64,000 nt of DNA, taken from contig CAWAIF010000002.1 of NCBI GenBank assembly GCA_963782055.1, forward strand, positions 352,001 through 416,000, read 5' to 3'. The notes below the pieces were generated by a model, which was not told where the DNA came from, ran no database searches, and saw only the letters and a list, made by a program, of their open reading frames with translations. The translations under genes were made by a program, and so were the position numbers. Source of the DNA: an uncultured delta proteobacterium (GTDB lineage: Bacteria > Myxococcota_A > Polyangia > Polyangiales > Polyangiaceae). Of the stretch, positions 1 to 10,058 are shown piece by piece (within the stretch, counting starts at the first letter, position 1; each line of letters opens with the position of its first letter).

Positions 1-788
1 ACGGTGGCGGCGCAGCGCAGCAGGTCCTGATCGCCGCCCCACGGGTCGACGTGGGAGTCGGTGACGTTGCCGTGCGCGTCGAGCTTCATGTCGAACATGC
101 CCCACGCCTCCACCGGCTTGTTGAAGCGCCTGGCCTCGTCAAGGCACTGGTGAAACTCGGGGCGAAGGGCCTCGAGCGCGACGTAGGCGGAGGCGGTGTA
201 GGCGTCGCCGCGGTCGGGGTCGAAGTCCGGGCCGGAGCGCGGGACGAAGGACGCCGGGATGACCACGGTGTCCTTGCCGCCGGGGGGCGGGGCGAAGCGC
301 AGCTGCTTGGCCTCGTCGTGCATGCACGCGAGCACCTCGTGGGAGACGCCGCACGCGCCGTAGCTCTCCACCTTGGCCACGCGGCCATCCGGCCCGACGC
401 GCGCCACGATCGCCACGTGCCCGAACTGCCCCGGCGCGTGGATGAGACCGCGGTGGTAGCAGCTCCGGAACGCGGCGCGCGTGCGGTCCGCCGCCTGCTC
501 GGTGTTGCTGCGGCCCAGGCCGCCCGCGGCGATGGCGGGCTGGTCGGGGGGAGGTGCGTCCTGCGACGACGCGGGGGGCGGGGTCCAGTCGGGCAGGGGT
601 GGCAGCCACTCCTGGCCCAGCTCGCCCGGCGGCGGGCAGGAGGTGAAGCGGTCGATGCCGTCGGAGTGAATCTCGAAGTCGGCGATCTCGACGCTGGTGC
701 CCGGCCGCGACGGCGGCACTGGTGGCCGGTCACTCCCCCCGCACGAAAGCATCAGCACTGTGATGCAAGTAAGGATGACCGTCCGCAT
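1..788 (-). CDS. Lipoprotein with AgmX/PglI C-terminal-like (TonB-C-like) domains; runs off the window start
   Basis: Not in the ORF track. Read by hand from ATG at 788: MRTVILTCITVLMLSCGG (lipobox) ... RAAFRSCYHRGL...GHVAIVARVGPDGRV...LACM...LRFAPP, with a second similar repeat. The frame stays open to base 1. Confidence 0.65.
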   Translation of the reverse strand, partial: MRTVILTCITVLMLSCGGSDRPPVPPSRPGTSVEIADFEIHSDGIDRFTSCPPPGELGQEWLPPLPDWTPPPASSQDAPPPDQPAIAAGGLGRSNTEQAADRTRAAFRSCYHRGLIHAPGQFGHVAIVARVGPDGRVAKVESYGACGVSHEVLACMHDEAKQLRFAPPPGGKDTVVIPASFVPRSGPDFDPDRGDAYTASAYVALEALRPEFHQCLDEARRFNKPVEAWGMFDMKLDAHGNVTDSHVDPWGGDQDLLRCAAT

Positions 789-841
789 GCCTCCTTGGCC
801 CCGCCTATACTCCGCCCGTGGCACGCAACGCAAAGTCGGGG

Positions 842-2200
842 ATGTCGACGCCGCGGGAGACCCTCTTTTCCCACGCGTCGCGCGACGCGCAAGGGTCGGC
901 GAGGCCCCCCCTCGCCGAGCGGATGCGCCCGTCGCGCTTCGAGGACTTCGTCGGACAGGCGCATCTCGTCGCCGAGCGGCGCTTTTTGGCCGAGGCCATC
1001 AAGAACGACCGGGTGCCCTCCATGGTGCTCTGGGGCCCGCCGGGGTCGGGCAAGACCACCCTCGGGCGCATCATCGCCGAGCAGACGAAGGCGGTGTTCG
1101 TGCCCTTCTCCGCCGTGCTCGGCAGCCTGGCCGAGCTGCGCGGCATCGTGGCCGAGGCGCGGGAGCGGCGCGACTACCAGGGCTGCCGCACCATCGTCTT
1201 CGTCGACGAGATCCACAGGTTCAACAAGGCGCAGCAGGACGCCTTTCTTCCCCACGTCGAGGCGGGGACCATCACCCTCATCGGCGCCACCACCGAGAAC
1301 CCGTCCTTCGCGGTCAACGCCGCCCTCCTCTCCCGCTGCAAGGTCTTTCGCCTGGAGGCCCTGGCGCCCGCCGACCTGGTCCGGGTGCTGGCGCGGGCCC
1401 TGACCGACGAGGCGTCGGGCCTCGGTACGCTGGGTCTCTCGGCCGCCCCGGAGGCGCTGGAGGCCGTCGCCCAGGACGCCCGCGGGGACGCGCGGCGCGC
1501 CCTCAACACCCTGGAGCTGGTCGCCGAGCACGCCCGGAGCGAGGGGCGCGACGCCGTCGACCTGGAGGCGGTGCAGGCGGCGCACGCGCACGCCCCGCTC
1601 CTCTACGACAAGGCGGGCGAGGAGCACTACAACGTCGTCAGCGCCTTCATCAAATCGATGCGCGGCTCCGACCCCGACGCCGCGGTCTACTGGATGATGC
1701 GGATGCTGGAGGCCGGCGACGACCCGCTCTTCGTCGCGCGCCGCATGATCATCTTCGCCAGCGAGGACGTGGGCAACGCCGACGCCCGCGCGCTGCTCGT
1801 CGCCAATGCCGCCGACCAGGCCTTCCGGCGCCTGGGCATGCCGGAGGGCATCTACCCGCTCGCGCACGCGGCGCTGTACCTGGCGTGCGCGCCCAAGTCG
1901 AACGCGGTGAAGAACGCCTGGCAGCGGGCGCGCGCGGCCATCGAGGCGCGCGGGGCGCTCGGCGTGCCGATGAAGCTGCGCAACGCCGTCACGAGGCTGA
2001 TGAAGGAGGAGGGCTACGGCCAGGGCTACCGGTACGCCCACGACCACGAGGGCGGGGTGGTTGCCGGCGAGACTTACCTGCCCGACGAGCTCGCCGGGGA
2101 GAGGTTCTACGAGCCGACCGAGCGCGGCGAGGAGGCGCGGATGAAGGCCCGCGTGGAGGCGCTGCGCGCGGGGCGCGTGGGGACGCCGGAGAAGAAGTGA
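842..2200 (+). CDS. rarA: Replication-associated recombination protein A (RarA/MgsA AAA+ ATPase)
   Basis: PLAERMRP, GPPGSGKTT Walker A, VDEIHRFNKAQQD, GATTENPSF, SAFIKSMRGSDPDAA, GYRYAHD motifs. Confidence 0.95.
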   Translation: MSTPRETLFSHASRDAQGSARPPLAERMRPSRFEDFVGQAHLVAERRFLAEAIKNDRVPSMVLWGPPGSGKTTLGRIIAEQTKAVFVPFSAVLGSLAELRGIVAEARERRDYQGCRTIVFVDEIHRFNKAQQDAFLPHVEAGTITLIGATTENPSFAVNAALLSRCKVFRLEALAPADLVRVLARALTDEASGLGTLGLSAAPEALEAVAQDARGDARRALNTLELVAEHARSEGRDAVDLEAVQAAHAHAPLLYDKAGEEHYNVVSAFIKSMRGSDPDAAVYWMMRMLEAGDDPLFVARRMIIFASEDVGNADARALLVANAADQAFRRLGMPEGIYPLAHAALYLACAPKSNAVKNAWQRARAAIEARGALGVPMKLRNAVTRLMKEEGYGQGYRYAHDHEGGVVAGETYLPDELAGERFYEPTERGEEARMKARVEALRAGRVGTPEKK

Positions 2201-2204
2201 GGGG

Positions 2205-2516
2205 TCAGTCGAGGGCCGCCAGCGCGCCCTCCAGCTCGGAGAGGGCGTGTCCGTCCCCCTTCGTGCGCGCCGCGGTCACGCCGGCCTCCAGCCACGCACG
2301 CGCGTCCTCGGCGCGGCCCATCTTCTCCAGCATCTGCCCGCACATGAGGAACATGGGCACGTAGTCCGGCGTGCGGGCGCGCAGCGCCTCGAAGGTGCTC
2401 AGCGCGTCCTCGTAGCGCTCCAGGTTCCGGTACTCGAGGGCGAGGCCGTACCAGGCGAACGGGTCGTTGGAGCCGTCCTGGGTGATCTTCTCCAGGTATG
2501 CGAGTCGCTTGGACAT
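2205..2516 (-). CDS. Small TPR protein
   Basis: DPFAWYGLALEY ... PDYVPMFLMCGQML ... A..WLEAG TPR-like helices; directly downstream of hpt. Confidence 0.8.
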   Translation of the reverse strand: MSKRLAYLEKITQDGSNDPFAWYGLALEYRNLERYEDALSTFEALRARTPDYVPMFLMCGQMLEKMGRAEDARAWLEAGVTAARTKGDGHALSELEGALAALD

Positions 2517-2565
2517 GGTCAGTCTCCGTGCCCCTTCGGGCCGCCGGCCGGCCTGCGCCCGGACC

Positions 2566-3090
2566 TCACGCCCGCTCCACGATGCCGATGTACGGCAGGT
2601 TGCGGAAGCGCTCGGCGAAGTCCAGGCCGTAGCCGACGACGAACTTGTCCTCGATGGTGAAGCCCAGGTAGTCGATGGGCACCTCGACGCGCGCGCGCGC
2701 CGGCTTGTGCAGCAGGGCGCACACCTTCACGCTCCGCGGCTGCCGCGTGCGCAGCAGGTCGATGAGGTGGGCGATGGTCAGCCCGGTGTCGACGATGTCC
2801 TCCACGATGAGCACGTCCTCGTGCTCGATCGGGCGCGAGAGGTCCTGCGTGATCTGCACGACGCCGCTCGACTCCGTCCCCTCGCCGTAGGATCGCACGC
2901 CCAGGAAGTCGACGCGCAGGGGCAGGTCGATGGTTCGGGCGAGGTCGGCGGCGAAGACGAAGCTGCCCTTGAGCACGCAGATCAGCACCAGGCTGCGGTC
3001 GGCGTATTCCTGGGTGATCTTGGCGCCCAGCTCCTCCACGCGCTTGGCGATGGTCTCACGCGACAGCATGGTGACGATGCGCTCGGACAT
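2566..3090 (-). CDS. hpt: Hypoxanthine phosphoribosyltransferase
   Basis: [25 protein letters not shown]-binding motif, [15 protein letters not shown]. Confidence 0.97.
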   Translation of the reverse strand: MSERIVTMLSRETIAKRVEELGAKITQEYADRSLVLICVLKGSFVFAADLARTIDLPLRVDFLGVRSYGEGTESSGVVQITQDLSRPIEHEDVLIVEDIVDTGLTIAHLIDLLRTRQPRSVKVCALLHKPARARVEVPIDYLGFTIEDKFVVGYGLDFAERFRNLPYIGIVERA

Positions 3091-3121
3091 GGCGCTGGAT
3101 TAGAGGCGCGGCGCGCTCGCG

Positions 3122-5458
3122 TCAACGTGCCACTGCGTCGCCGACGAACAGGCCGTCCCCGTCGGTGCCCACGACGACCTGCCCGACGACGTCGGTCCGG
3201 AGCACCGGTATGTTTTCGGCGCGCAGCGTCGTCAGCGTCACCGGGTTGGGGTGGCCGAAGCGATTCCGGATGCCGCAGGAGATGACGGCGAGCTCCGGCG
3301 CCACCGCGCGCACGAAGGCGGGGCTGCTGGACGTACGGCTGCCGTGGTGGCCCACCTTGAGCACGTCCGCGCGGAGGCGATCGGGATGGCGCAGCAGGTC
3401 GGCCTCCTCTTCGTGCTCGGCGTCGCCCACGAAGAGGAAGGCGCGCCGGCCGTACGAGATGCGCAGCACGAAGGAGTTGTCGTTCGGGCCGCGCTCCGGC
3501 GTGGGCCCGGGGCAGGGGGCCAGCACCTCGACGCGCGCGCCGCCGAGGAGATGCTGTCCGCAGAGCGCGGCGGGGCGCAGGACCGGGACGCGCGCGGCGC
3601 GCATGTGCTCGAGCAGCGCGGCGTAGCCGCCGCCGACGCCCTCACGCTCGCCCTGCCCGGTGTCCCAGAGCGCGCCGCTCCGGACGGCGCCCAGACCGGT
3701 GGCCAGTCCACCGAAGTGGTCGGGGTGCGGGTGTGAGAGCACCACGAGCGCCAGCCGATCGCGCCGGCGCGCGCGCAGCACCGGCGCCACGACGCGCGTC
3801 CCCACGTCGATCGGGCTGCCGACCAGACCGCCGCCGTCGATCATCATGGCCTCGCCGTCGGGCAGGTCCACGAGCGCGCCGTCGCCCTGACCCACGTCGA
3901 GGAAGGTGGCGCGCAGCACACCGCGCGGCGCGCCGGCCGCGCGCACCGGAAGCTCGAGCAGCAGCGTGGCGGCAAGCGCCAGCGCGACGAGCGCCACCCG
4001 CCGCCGCCCGCCGATGACGACCGCCGCGAACCCGAAGCAGAGCGCCGCCATCTGCCACGCCGAGGGCGGCGGGACGCCGACCTGCAGCCACGAGGTGTGC
4101 GCCGACACCCGCGCGACGGCCCGCACCAGCCACAGCGCGCCGGACGCCACGAGCGCCGAGCCGCGCTCCGCCGCGGGCCACGGGGAGAGCACGCCGTGCA
4201 GAAGACACACGGGCAGCGCCGCGGCGTCGCCCACCGGCACCGCCAGCAGGTTGGCGAGGGCACCGCCGGCGGGCAGCGTGGGCGAGAAGAGCGCCAGCAC
4301 GGGGGCGCACGGGATCGTGGCGGCGAGCGTGGTGCCCATGGCCCGCATCACGCCGCCCATCCACCGCGGCGCGCGGCGCGCCAGCGCCTCGCCGATGGGC
4401 GTGGAGAACACGATGAGCCCGGCGGTGGCGCACGCCGAGAGCACGAAGGACACGTCGAACAGCACCAGCGGGTCGAAGAGCGCCGCGCCGAGCAGGGACA
4501 GCCCGAAGGATCGGGGCGCGGTCCCCTTGCGACCGATGGCCTGCGCGGCGAGCGCGGCCGTCAGCATCCACGCCGCCCGCACGGCCGAGCCCGAGCCGCC
4601 CGCGAAGTCGGCGTAGAGCCACGCGAACGGTATCCCCACCAGCGCCGAGAGACGCCCCACGTCCAGCCGCGCGGCGAGCCACTCCACCCGCACCAGAAAG
4701 GCCCTGAGCGCGTGCAGCACGCCGAGCACCACCAGCACCAGGTGCATCCCCGACACCGCGAGCAGGTGAGCGAGGCCGCTCATCCGGAACGCCGCGTCGT
4801 CGCTCGCCGCCAGGTCCGTCTCGCCGAGGACGAGGGCGCGCGCCATCGGCGCGGTGTCCGCCGGGAACGTGGCGTCGATGCGCGCGCGGGTGTGAGCGCG
4901 TGCGCGATCGATCAGCCACGCGACCGAGGCGCCTCGCCGGACGTAGCGCACGTCGATCGCGCTGCCCGTCCGCAGCACGCCACGACGTGTCTCGCGCGGC
5001 CGGACGTCGCCCGTCTCCGGGTTCCACAGCCGCTCCGGCGGCGCGATCTGCACCACCACCTCCACCCTGTCGCCCCGGGCCAGATCGTGCGGGCCGCCGT
5101 AGAGCGTGACCAGACCCGACCAGGGCGGCGCGCCCGGGTCGCAGTCGAGGGTGGCCGCCGCGTTCCACCGCAGCACGCCGTGGGTGCGGACGGGCGACGA
5201 CGCGACGGTCGCCTCCCCGCTGCAGCGCGCCACGCGTGGCAGCGCGTGCAGCGCGCTCGTCCGCGCCTCCTCGTAGCGGGCGACGGCGGCATGCGAGCGT
5301 GCCCAGCCCGTCAGCATGGCGAGCAGGGCCAGCGCCGCCAGCCCAGGCCGCCGCACCAGCGGCGCGACCGCGGCGGCGAGGGCGAGGGTGGGCCAGGGCG
5401 CGACGAGCAGCGCGCCGCCTCCGACCAGTGACAGGGCCATGATCAGGACGCCATCCAC
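3122..5458 (-). CDS. comEC: DNA internalization competence protein ComEC/Rec2
   Basis: GLAHLLAVSGMH competence domain, FLDVGQGD, SHPHPDHFGG metallo-beta-lactamase motif, LKVGHHGSRTSS, NRFGHP. Confidence 0.93.
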   Translation of the reverse strand: MDGVLIMALSLVGGGALLVAPWPTLALAAAVAPLVRRPGLAALALLAMLTGWARSHAAVARYEEARTSALHALPRVARCSGEATVASSPVRTHGVLRWNAAATLDCDPGAPPWSGLVTLYGGPHDLARGDRVEVVVQIAPPERLWNPETGDVRPRETRRGVLRTGSAIDVRYVRRGASVAWLIDRARAHTRARIDATFPADTAPMARALVLGETDLAASDDAAFRMSGLAHLLAVSGMHLVLVVLGVLHALRAFLVRVEWLAARLDVGRLSALVGIPFAWLYADFAGGSGSAVRAAWMLTAALAAQAIGRKGTAPRSFGLSLLGAALFDPLVLFDVSFVLSACATAGLIVFSTPIGEALARRAPRWMGGVMRAMGTTLAATIPCAPVLALFSPTLPAGGALANLLAVPVGDAAALPVCLLHGVLSPWPAAERGSALVASGALWLVRAVARVSAHTSWLQVGVPPPSAWQMAALCFGFAAVVIGGRRRVALVALALAATLLLELPVRAAGAPRGVLRATFLDVGQGDGALVDLPDGEAMMIDGGGLVGSPIDVGTRVVAPVLRARRRDRLALVVLSHPHPDHFGGLATGLGAVRSGALWDTGQGEREGVGGGYAALLEHMRAARVPVLRPAALCGQHLLGGARVEVLAPCPGPTPERGPNDNSFVLRISYGRRAFLFVGDAEHEEEADLLRHPDRLRADVLKVGHHGSRTSSSPAFVRAVAPELAVISCGIRNRFGHPNPVTLTTLRAENIPVLRTDVVGQVVVGTDGDGLFVGDAVAR

Positions 5459-5658
5459 GCGGGCCAGATGAGCAGCACCCGTGCCCGCGCCAAGTGCGCG
5501 AAATCCTGGAGCTCACCCCCGTCCCCCCTGTCCCCCACCCCTGTCCCATGCCACCCCATCGAAACGGCAGATCATGGGCACGCTAACGATCGCGTCATTC
5601 GCCGTTCCGGCCTGTGGGGCGCTGCTGGGTGGGTCCGCCCTGCCCGGCGCCGCCCCGC

Positions 5659-5687
5659 TTGCGCCGGCGGCCGGGATTCTCTAGGTT
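5659..5687 (+). promoter_or_regulatory. Possible sigma70-type promoter of the 110-aa gene, bracketed by a 12-bp inverted repeat
   Basis: TTGCGC-N17-TAGGTT. TGTGGGGCGCTG (5613-5624) and CAGCGCCCCACA (5689-5700) are perfect reverse complements. Confidence 0.35.
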
Positions 5688-5717
5688 CCAGCGCCCCACA
5701 AGGACGAGGACGTACCG

Positions 5718-6050
5718 ATGGCTGACAAGACCAAGCTCGCCGACTTTCTCACGAGCAAGAAGATCGACCCCCGCCGCCTGATGGCGGTCTCCCACCGTCT
5801 GGAGACCCTCCGCCCGGAGGATCGCACCATCCGCCTGAACCGCCGCCGCGCCCGCGGTGGCGAGGGCGAGAACGCCCCGAAGGAGGAGCGCAAGCCGCGC
5901 ACCGGTCGCCCGGTGACGCAGCGCGCCATGGATGCCGCCCTCGGGGGCGGGACCCTCAGCGGGCCGACAAAGCAGCGGATCCTGCGCGCGGTGAACCACA
6001 TTCTGGAGCAGCGCAAGGCGGACAAGGTCGAGCTCAAGACCCTGTTCTGA
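5718..6050 (+). CDS. Small basic hypothetical protein, possibly an HTH-like DNA-binding protein
   Basis: GGAGG-like RBS (GACGAGGA), GC3-biased codons, Lys/Arg-rich; the ends resemble XRE-type helices. Confidence 0.7.
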   Translation: MADKTKLADFLTSKKIDPRRLMAVSHRLETLRPEDRTIRLNRRRARGGEGENAPKEERKPRTGRPVTQRAMDAALGGGTLSGPTKQRILRAVNHILEQRKADKVELKTLF

Positions 6051-6181
6051 TTGCCTTCCAGGCTCCCTGGGTCGCTTTCGGGGTCCGCGGCTGAACGCCT
6101 GGGGCTCCGGGGCACCTGATTGTGGTGGTGAGTGCAGCGATCATCGCCCCCTTCCTGGCCCAGGTGCCTGCCGGTCGCATC

Positions 6182-6799
6182 ATGAGCGACGAAGACCAGC
6201 TCATTGCGCGCGCGGGTCGCGGCGAGACGGCCGCCTTCAGCGTGCTCTACAACCGTCATCGCGGTGACGTGGCCCGCCTCGTCTACCGGATGCTCGGCGG
6301 GCCCGCGGAGGTGGACGACGTCGTCCAGGAGGTCTTCGTCCAGGTCTTCCGCAGCCTGAAGGACTTTCGCGGGCAGTCCAAGTTCTCCACGTGGCTGCAC
6401 CGCGTGACAGTGAACGTGGTGCTGATGCACCGCCGCGCGGCGCGTAGCCGCCCGACATACACCGAGGAGCTCCCCCCGGACCAGACGGCGGACCAGGACC
6501 GCACCCTGCCCGACGAGGACGCCGAGCGCCGGGCGCGCGTGCGCGCCTTCTCCCGCCTGCTCGATCGCCTCGCCGAGAAGAAGCGCGTGGTCTTCGTGCT
6601 GCACGAGCTGGAAGGCGTCAGCCCGCAGGAGATCTCCAAGATCGTCGGCGCGCCCGTGCTGACGGTGCGCACCCGCCTGTTCTACGCCCGCCGCGAGCTC
6701 GAGGCGATGATCGCCGAAGAGCCCTTGCTGGCGAGCATCCGCGGCACCTTCTCGAAGGAAGGCAAGCGGTCACGTGCCGACGCCGGAGGCGAGCCATGA
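6182..6799 (+). CDS. ECF RNA polymerase sigma factor (sigma70 family)
   Basis: DDVVQEVFVQVFRSLKDFRGQSKFSTWLHRV (region 2); VFVLHELEG..QEI..IVG.PV.TVRTRLFYARREL (region 4). An upstream GTG at 6122 is an alternative start. Confidence 0.92.
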   Translation: MSDEDQLIARAGRGETAAFSVLYNRHRGDVARLVYRMLGGPAEVDDVVQEVFVQVFRSLKDFRGQSKFSTWLHRVTVNVVLMHRRAARSRPTYTEELPPDQTADQDRTLPDEDAERRARVRAFSRLLDRLAEKKRVVFVLHELEGVSPQEISKIVGAPVLTVRTRLFYARRELEAMIAEEPLLASIRGTFSKEGKRSRADAGGEP

Positions 6800-8064
6800 G
6801 CGATCGCGAACTGCCTCCGAAGGAGCTGCTCGGTGACCGCGCCGGCGAGGCGCTGGCCATGCTGACGCGCGAGGCGCGCGCCGACGAAGGGCCGGAGCCT
6901 GACTGGGACGCCATCGACGAGAAGCTCTTCGCGCGCATCGAGAGCGAGAAGAAGCCCGGCGCTGCGGAGCACGTGGCGGAGCGTCGCGGGTCGCCGTGGG
7001 CGTGGGCCGGTCTCGCGGCAGCGGTCGCCGCGGCCGCGGCGATCGTCGTGGGCGTGCGCCCCCACGTGCAGCCGGCGCCGACCGCCGAGACGACAGCGTC
7101 CGTCCCGGCGAGCGCGGGCACCCTGGTCGGCCATGATGGCTCCACCATCGTGCGCATCGGCGGCGCCGTCGCGTCGGAGGGACACTCCATCGCCGCCGGC
7201 GATCGCGTCGAGGTCCGATCCGGCCGCGCTCTGTTCGAGCAGCAAGGCAAGGTGCGCTGGTCCGCCGAGAGCGGGACGCGTCTGGTCGTCGAGCACGCGG
7301 CCTCGCCCCTCGTGCTCTCGCTGGAGTCCGGCGCGGCGGAGGCGCAGGTCACCCCCGTCCCCGCGGGCGAGGCCTTCGCCGTCGACGTCACCGGCAGCCA
7401 CGGCCACACCGTGCGCATCGCCGTGCACGGCACCCACCTGCGCGTCGCGCTCGCCGGCGATCACGTGACGGTGGACCTGACCGAGGGCATCGTCTCGGTG
7501 GGCGAGCCCCCCCGGCGCGGCCCGACGTACGGCACGCTGGTCGTCGCCCCCGCCCACGTGGAGCTGGACACCACGGACGTGGCCGGGTCGCTGGTGATCG
7601 AGCACGTTCCGGCGAAGGTGCGACCCGCGCAGTCGCTCGTCGTGAGCGCGCCCCCCGCGACGGTGGCGCTGACTCCGCCCCCGCCCGCGGCGAAGGCGTC
7701 CACCGGCGCGGTGCCTCCCCCGGTCGTCGCCATGCACGTGGACCGCCCGCCGTCGCCCGCCGTCTCCGCGCACCCGGATCCCGCCGTCGCGCCGGAGGTG
7801 GTGGAGCGCAACCCCAACGCCTCCGCAGACCTCGCCGCCGCGGTGCAGGCCTGCATCCAGAGCGCGCCGCACTCTGCAGACATCCGCGTGACCATCTCCT
7901 CCAGGCTGCTGGTCACCGTGGGCGAAGACGGATTTGTGCAAAACGCACGGTTCGACCCGCCCCTCACCGCCGGCGAGCAGGACTGCGCGGCGCGCACCAT
8001 CTATCGCAAGACGCGCTTCACCAAGAGCGGCAGCGTCATCATCCCCGTCGAGGTGCAGGAGTAG
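6796..8064 (+). CDS. FecR-domain anti-sigma factor-like membrane protein
   Basis: ATGA overlap with the sigma gene; one TM helix; L.LESG...V, FAVDV, VHGTHLRV, VDLTEG.VSV FecR pattern; Pro-rich linker; C-terminal TonB-C-like domain. Confidence 0.8.
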   Translation: MSDRELPPKELLGDRAGEALAMLTREARADEGPEPDWDAIDEKLFARIESEKKPGAAEHVAERRGSPWAWAGLAAAVAAAAAIVVGVRPHVQPAPTAETTASVPASAGTLVGHDGSTIVRIGGAVASEGHSIAAGDRVEVRSGRALFEQQGKVRWSAESGTRLVVEHAASPLVLSLESGAAEAQVTPVPAGEAFAVDVTGSHGHTVRIAVHGTHLRVALAGDHVTVDLTEGIVSVGEPPRRGPTYGTLVVAPAHVELDTTDVAGSLVIEHVPAKVRPAQSLVVSAPPATVALTPPPPAAKASTGAVPPPVVAMHVDRPPSPAVSAHPDPAVAPEVVERNPNASADLAAAVQACIQSAPHSADIRVTISSRLLVTVGEDGFVQNARFDPPLTAGEQDCAARTIYRKTRFTKSGSVIIPVEVQE

Positions 8065-8112
8065 ACGCGGCGCGGTTCCGCCGGCGACCCTGCGTGGCGG
8101 CGGTCCTCGAGC

Positions 8113-8156
8113 TCAGCCGCGATCGGTTCAGCCGCGATCGGTTCAACCGCGATCGG
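8113..8156. repeat. Three tandem copies of a 15-bp unit containing the PilZ gene stop codon
   Basis: TCAGCCGCGATCGGT twice, then TCAACCGCGATCGG. Confidence 0.85.
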
Positions 8157-8526
8157 CTTCGGCGACCAGCTCGGTGATGACGTGCGTCTCCTTGGCGCCG
8201 AGCAGCCCGAACTGCACGCCCATGCCGCCCTCGCGCACCCACCGCACCACAGCCGGCAAGGCGAACGCGGAAGGCTCGCCGGGCACGTGGACGTGCACCA
8301 CGACCTCTGCCCCGAACGCCGCAGGTTGAGCCGTCAGGATGAACATCCCCCCGAGGGAGATGTCATGGCTCTCCCCCTGGAAGCGGGCGTCCTGGCCCTT
8401 GGGGGTGAACACGACGGGCTCGACGAACGGAACGCGGGAATGGCGGCGGAGGTCCACGGGAGTATCCCCGAAGTACCATCGAACCGATGGCCCACGCAAC
8501 GGGCCGCCCCCGTTGTGTGCCATCAT
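8143..8526 (-). CDS. PilZ domain protein (c-di-GMP receptor)
   Basis: RRHSR (RxxxR) and DISLGG (DxSxxG) motifs; VVRW...GMGVQF. The true start may be ~20 codons inside the ORF. Confidence 0.88.
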   Translation of the reverse strand: MMAHNGGGPLRGPSVRWYFGDTPVDLRRHSRVPFVEPVVFTPKGQDARFQGESHDISLGGMFILTAQPAAFGAEVVVHVHVPGEPSAFALPAVVRWVREGGMGVQFGLLGAKETHVITELVAEADRG

Positions 8527-8534
8527 GAGCGGCG

Positions 8535-9548
8535 ATGGCGCCCCGAGAGGACCCGGAGGACCGGGAAGACGGCGAGGACCCGGAGGACCGGGAGGAGCCG
8601 CCCCCGGCCGCGGGCAGCCGGGGTTCCCGGTGGCTGGCCGCCATCCCGGTCACCGTGGGGCTCCTGCTCGGGGCGCTGCTCCTGCCGCACATGTCCCCGC
8701 CGGAGGACGTCCCCCTCCCCCGGACGGACACGCGGGTGCTGGCGGCCACCGAGCGCGGGGACGACACTCGCGCCGCCCGCGCCGAGGCGACCGAGCTGCC
8801 GGCGGAGGTGCGCGCCCTCGGCGACGCCGTGCGCGCCTTCAACGTCGCGGAGGCCAAGGACGCGCGCGAGACCAACTGGCCCAAGCTCCGCGCCGAGGTC
8901 GACCGCACGCGGCGCATCGCGCTGGAGAAGGGCATCGACGCCATCGTCAGCCTGCGCGCGGTCCAGCTCGCCATCTTCCTGCGCGAGGTCCGGCGCTACG
9001 AGCAGACCGGCGAGATCAGCGCCGAGCTGGACGCGGTGGGCGGCGCGTTCGTGCGCCGCATGTCCATCGTCGGCTGGGTCGACGGCCGCCGCGTCGCCTT
9101 CGACGAGCACGCGCTGCGCGCCGCCTTCAAGCTCAAGTGGAACGCCGTCACGCGCTTCGAGCAGGTGCCCGAGCTCGCGCTCTCCCTGGACGAGACACGC
9201 GCGCTCTACGCCTTCTACCTCACGCACCCCCTCGTGCCGGACACCGCGCGCCTCACCTTCGCCGCCGCGCGCAAGACGGCGCGCACGCCCGCCGACTGCG
9301 CCGCCCTCGCCGAGGGTGAGCGCATCGCGCGCGAGGGATGGCGACTCGAGAAGGTCGAGCAGATCGGCAAGCAAGACCCGGCCTACCCCCTGCTCTTCGC
9401 GCGCGGCGTCGAGCAGTACCGCACCGGCAAGTTCGACCTCGCCGCGTCGACCTTCACCAGGTGGCTGGAGAGCCACCCCGACGGACCGTTCACCCTGCGG
9501 GCGCGCAACCACCTGCGTGCATCCCTCGCCGCGTCGCGGCCGAGGTGA
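8535..9548 (+). CDS. Hypothetical membrane-anchored protein with C-terminal TPR-like segment
   Basis: Acidic EDPEDREDG repeat, one TM helix, C-terminal DPAYP..FARGV..YR.G.F..A...F..WL..HPDG. Confidence 0.7.
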   Translation: MAPREDPEDREDGEDPEDREEPPPAAGSRGSRWLAAIPVTVGLLLGALLLPHMSPPEDVPLPRTDTRVLAATERGDDTRAARAEATELPAEVRALGDAVRAFNVAEAKDARETNWPKLRAEVDRTRRIALEKGIDAIVSLRAVQLAIFLREVRRYEQTGEISAELDAVGGAFVRRMSIVGWVDGRRVAFDEHALRAAFKLKWNAVTRFEQVPELALSLDETRALYAFYLTHPLVPDTARLTFAAARKTARTPADCAALAEGERIAREGWRLEKVEQIGKQDPAYPLLFARGVEQYRTGKFDLAASTFTRWLESHPDGPFTLRARNHLRASLAASRPR

Positions 9549-9554
9549 GCCGGC

Positions 9555-10019
9555 TCACGGCATCCGGATCACGCCGTGCTTGCGCCCGCCCTCGCAGTCA
9601 AAGTCGACGTAGCAGCAGGTGCCGGGCGTCTTCGCCCGCGCCGCGGTCGTCTCCTTCACGCTCAGCTTGGCCGACCTGTGGCCTGCCAGTGTCGTCATGC
9701 AATGCTCGAACGGCGCCGGAAGAGGCCACGGCGGCGGGTCGGTGGACGGCAGGAAGCACGACACCACGCGCTTGCAGCCGGACCTGTCCGGCGGACGCGG
9801 CTCCGGCGGTAGCGCGCGGGCGTCCACGCCCGAGTCACGCGGGGTCGCCGCGTCGCCTGCGTCGGCGTCGGGCCCGCCCGCGCTCCCAGCGGGCAGCATC
9901 GGCGCACGGACGAGGCCGTCGCTCCCGCTCGAGCCGGCGCACGCGGCAACCACCATCGCCAGAGCGACGAGGCCCGCGACTCCCACGTTTACGTTTTTTT
10001 TCAACGTGGTGTGATCCAC
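9555..10019 (-). CDS. Hypothetical lipoprotein
   Basis: LAMVVAAC lipobox, DAG linker, C-terminal CCY motif typical of myxobacterial secreted proteins. Confidence 0.6.
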   Translation of the reverse strand: MDHTTLKKNVNVGVAGLVALAMVVAACAGSSGSDGLVRAPMLPAGSAGGPDADAGDAATPRDSGVDARALPPEPRPPDRSGCKRVVSCFLPSTDPPPWPLPAPFEHCMTTLAGHRSAKLSVKETTAARAKTPGTCCYVDFDCEGGRKHGVIRMP

Positions 10020-10058
10020 GAGGCCGCGTTTCCCTCCATTCTGCGTGGAGACTACCGC

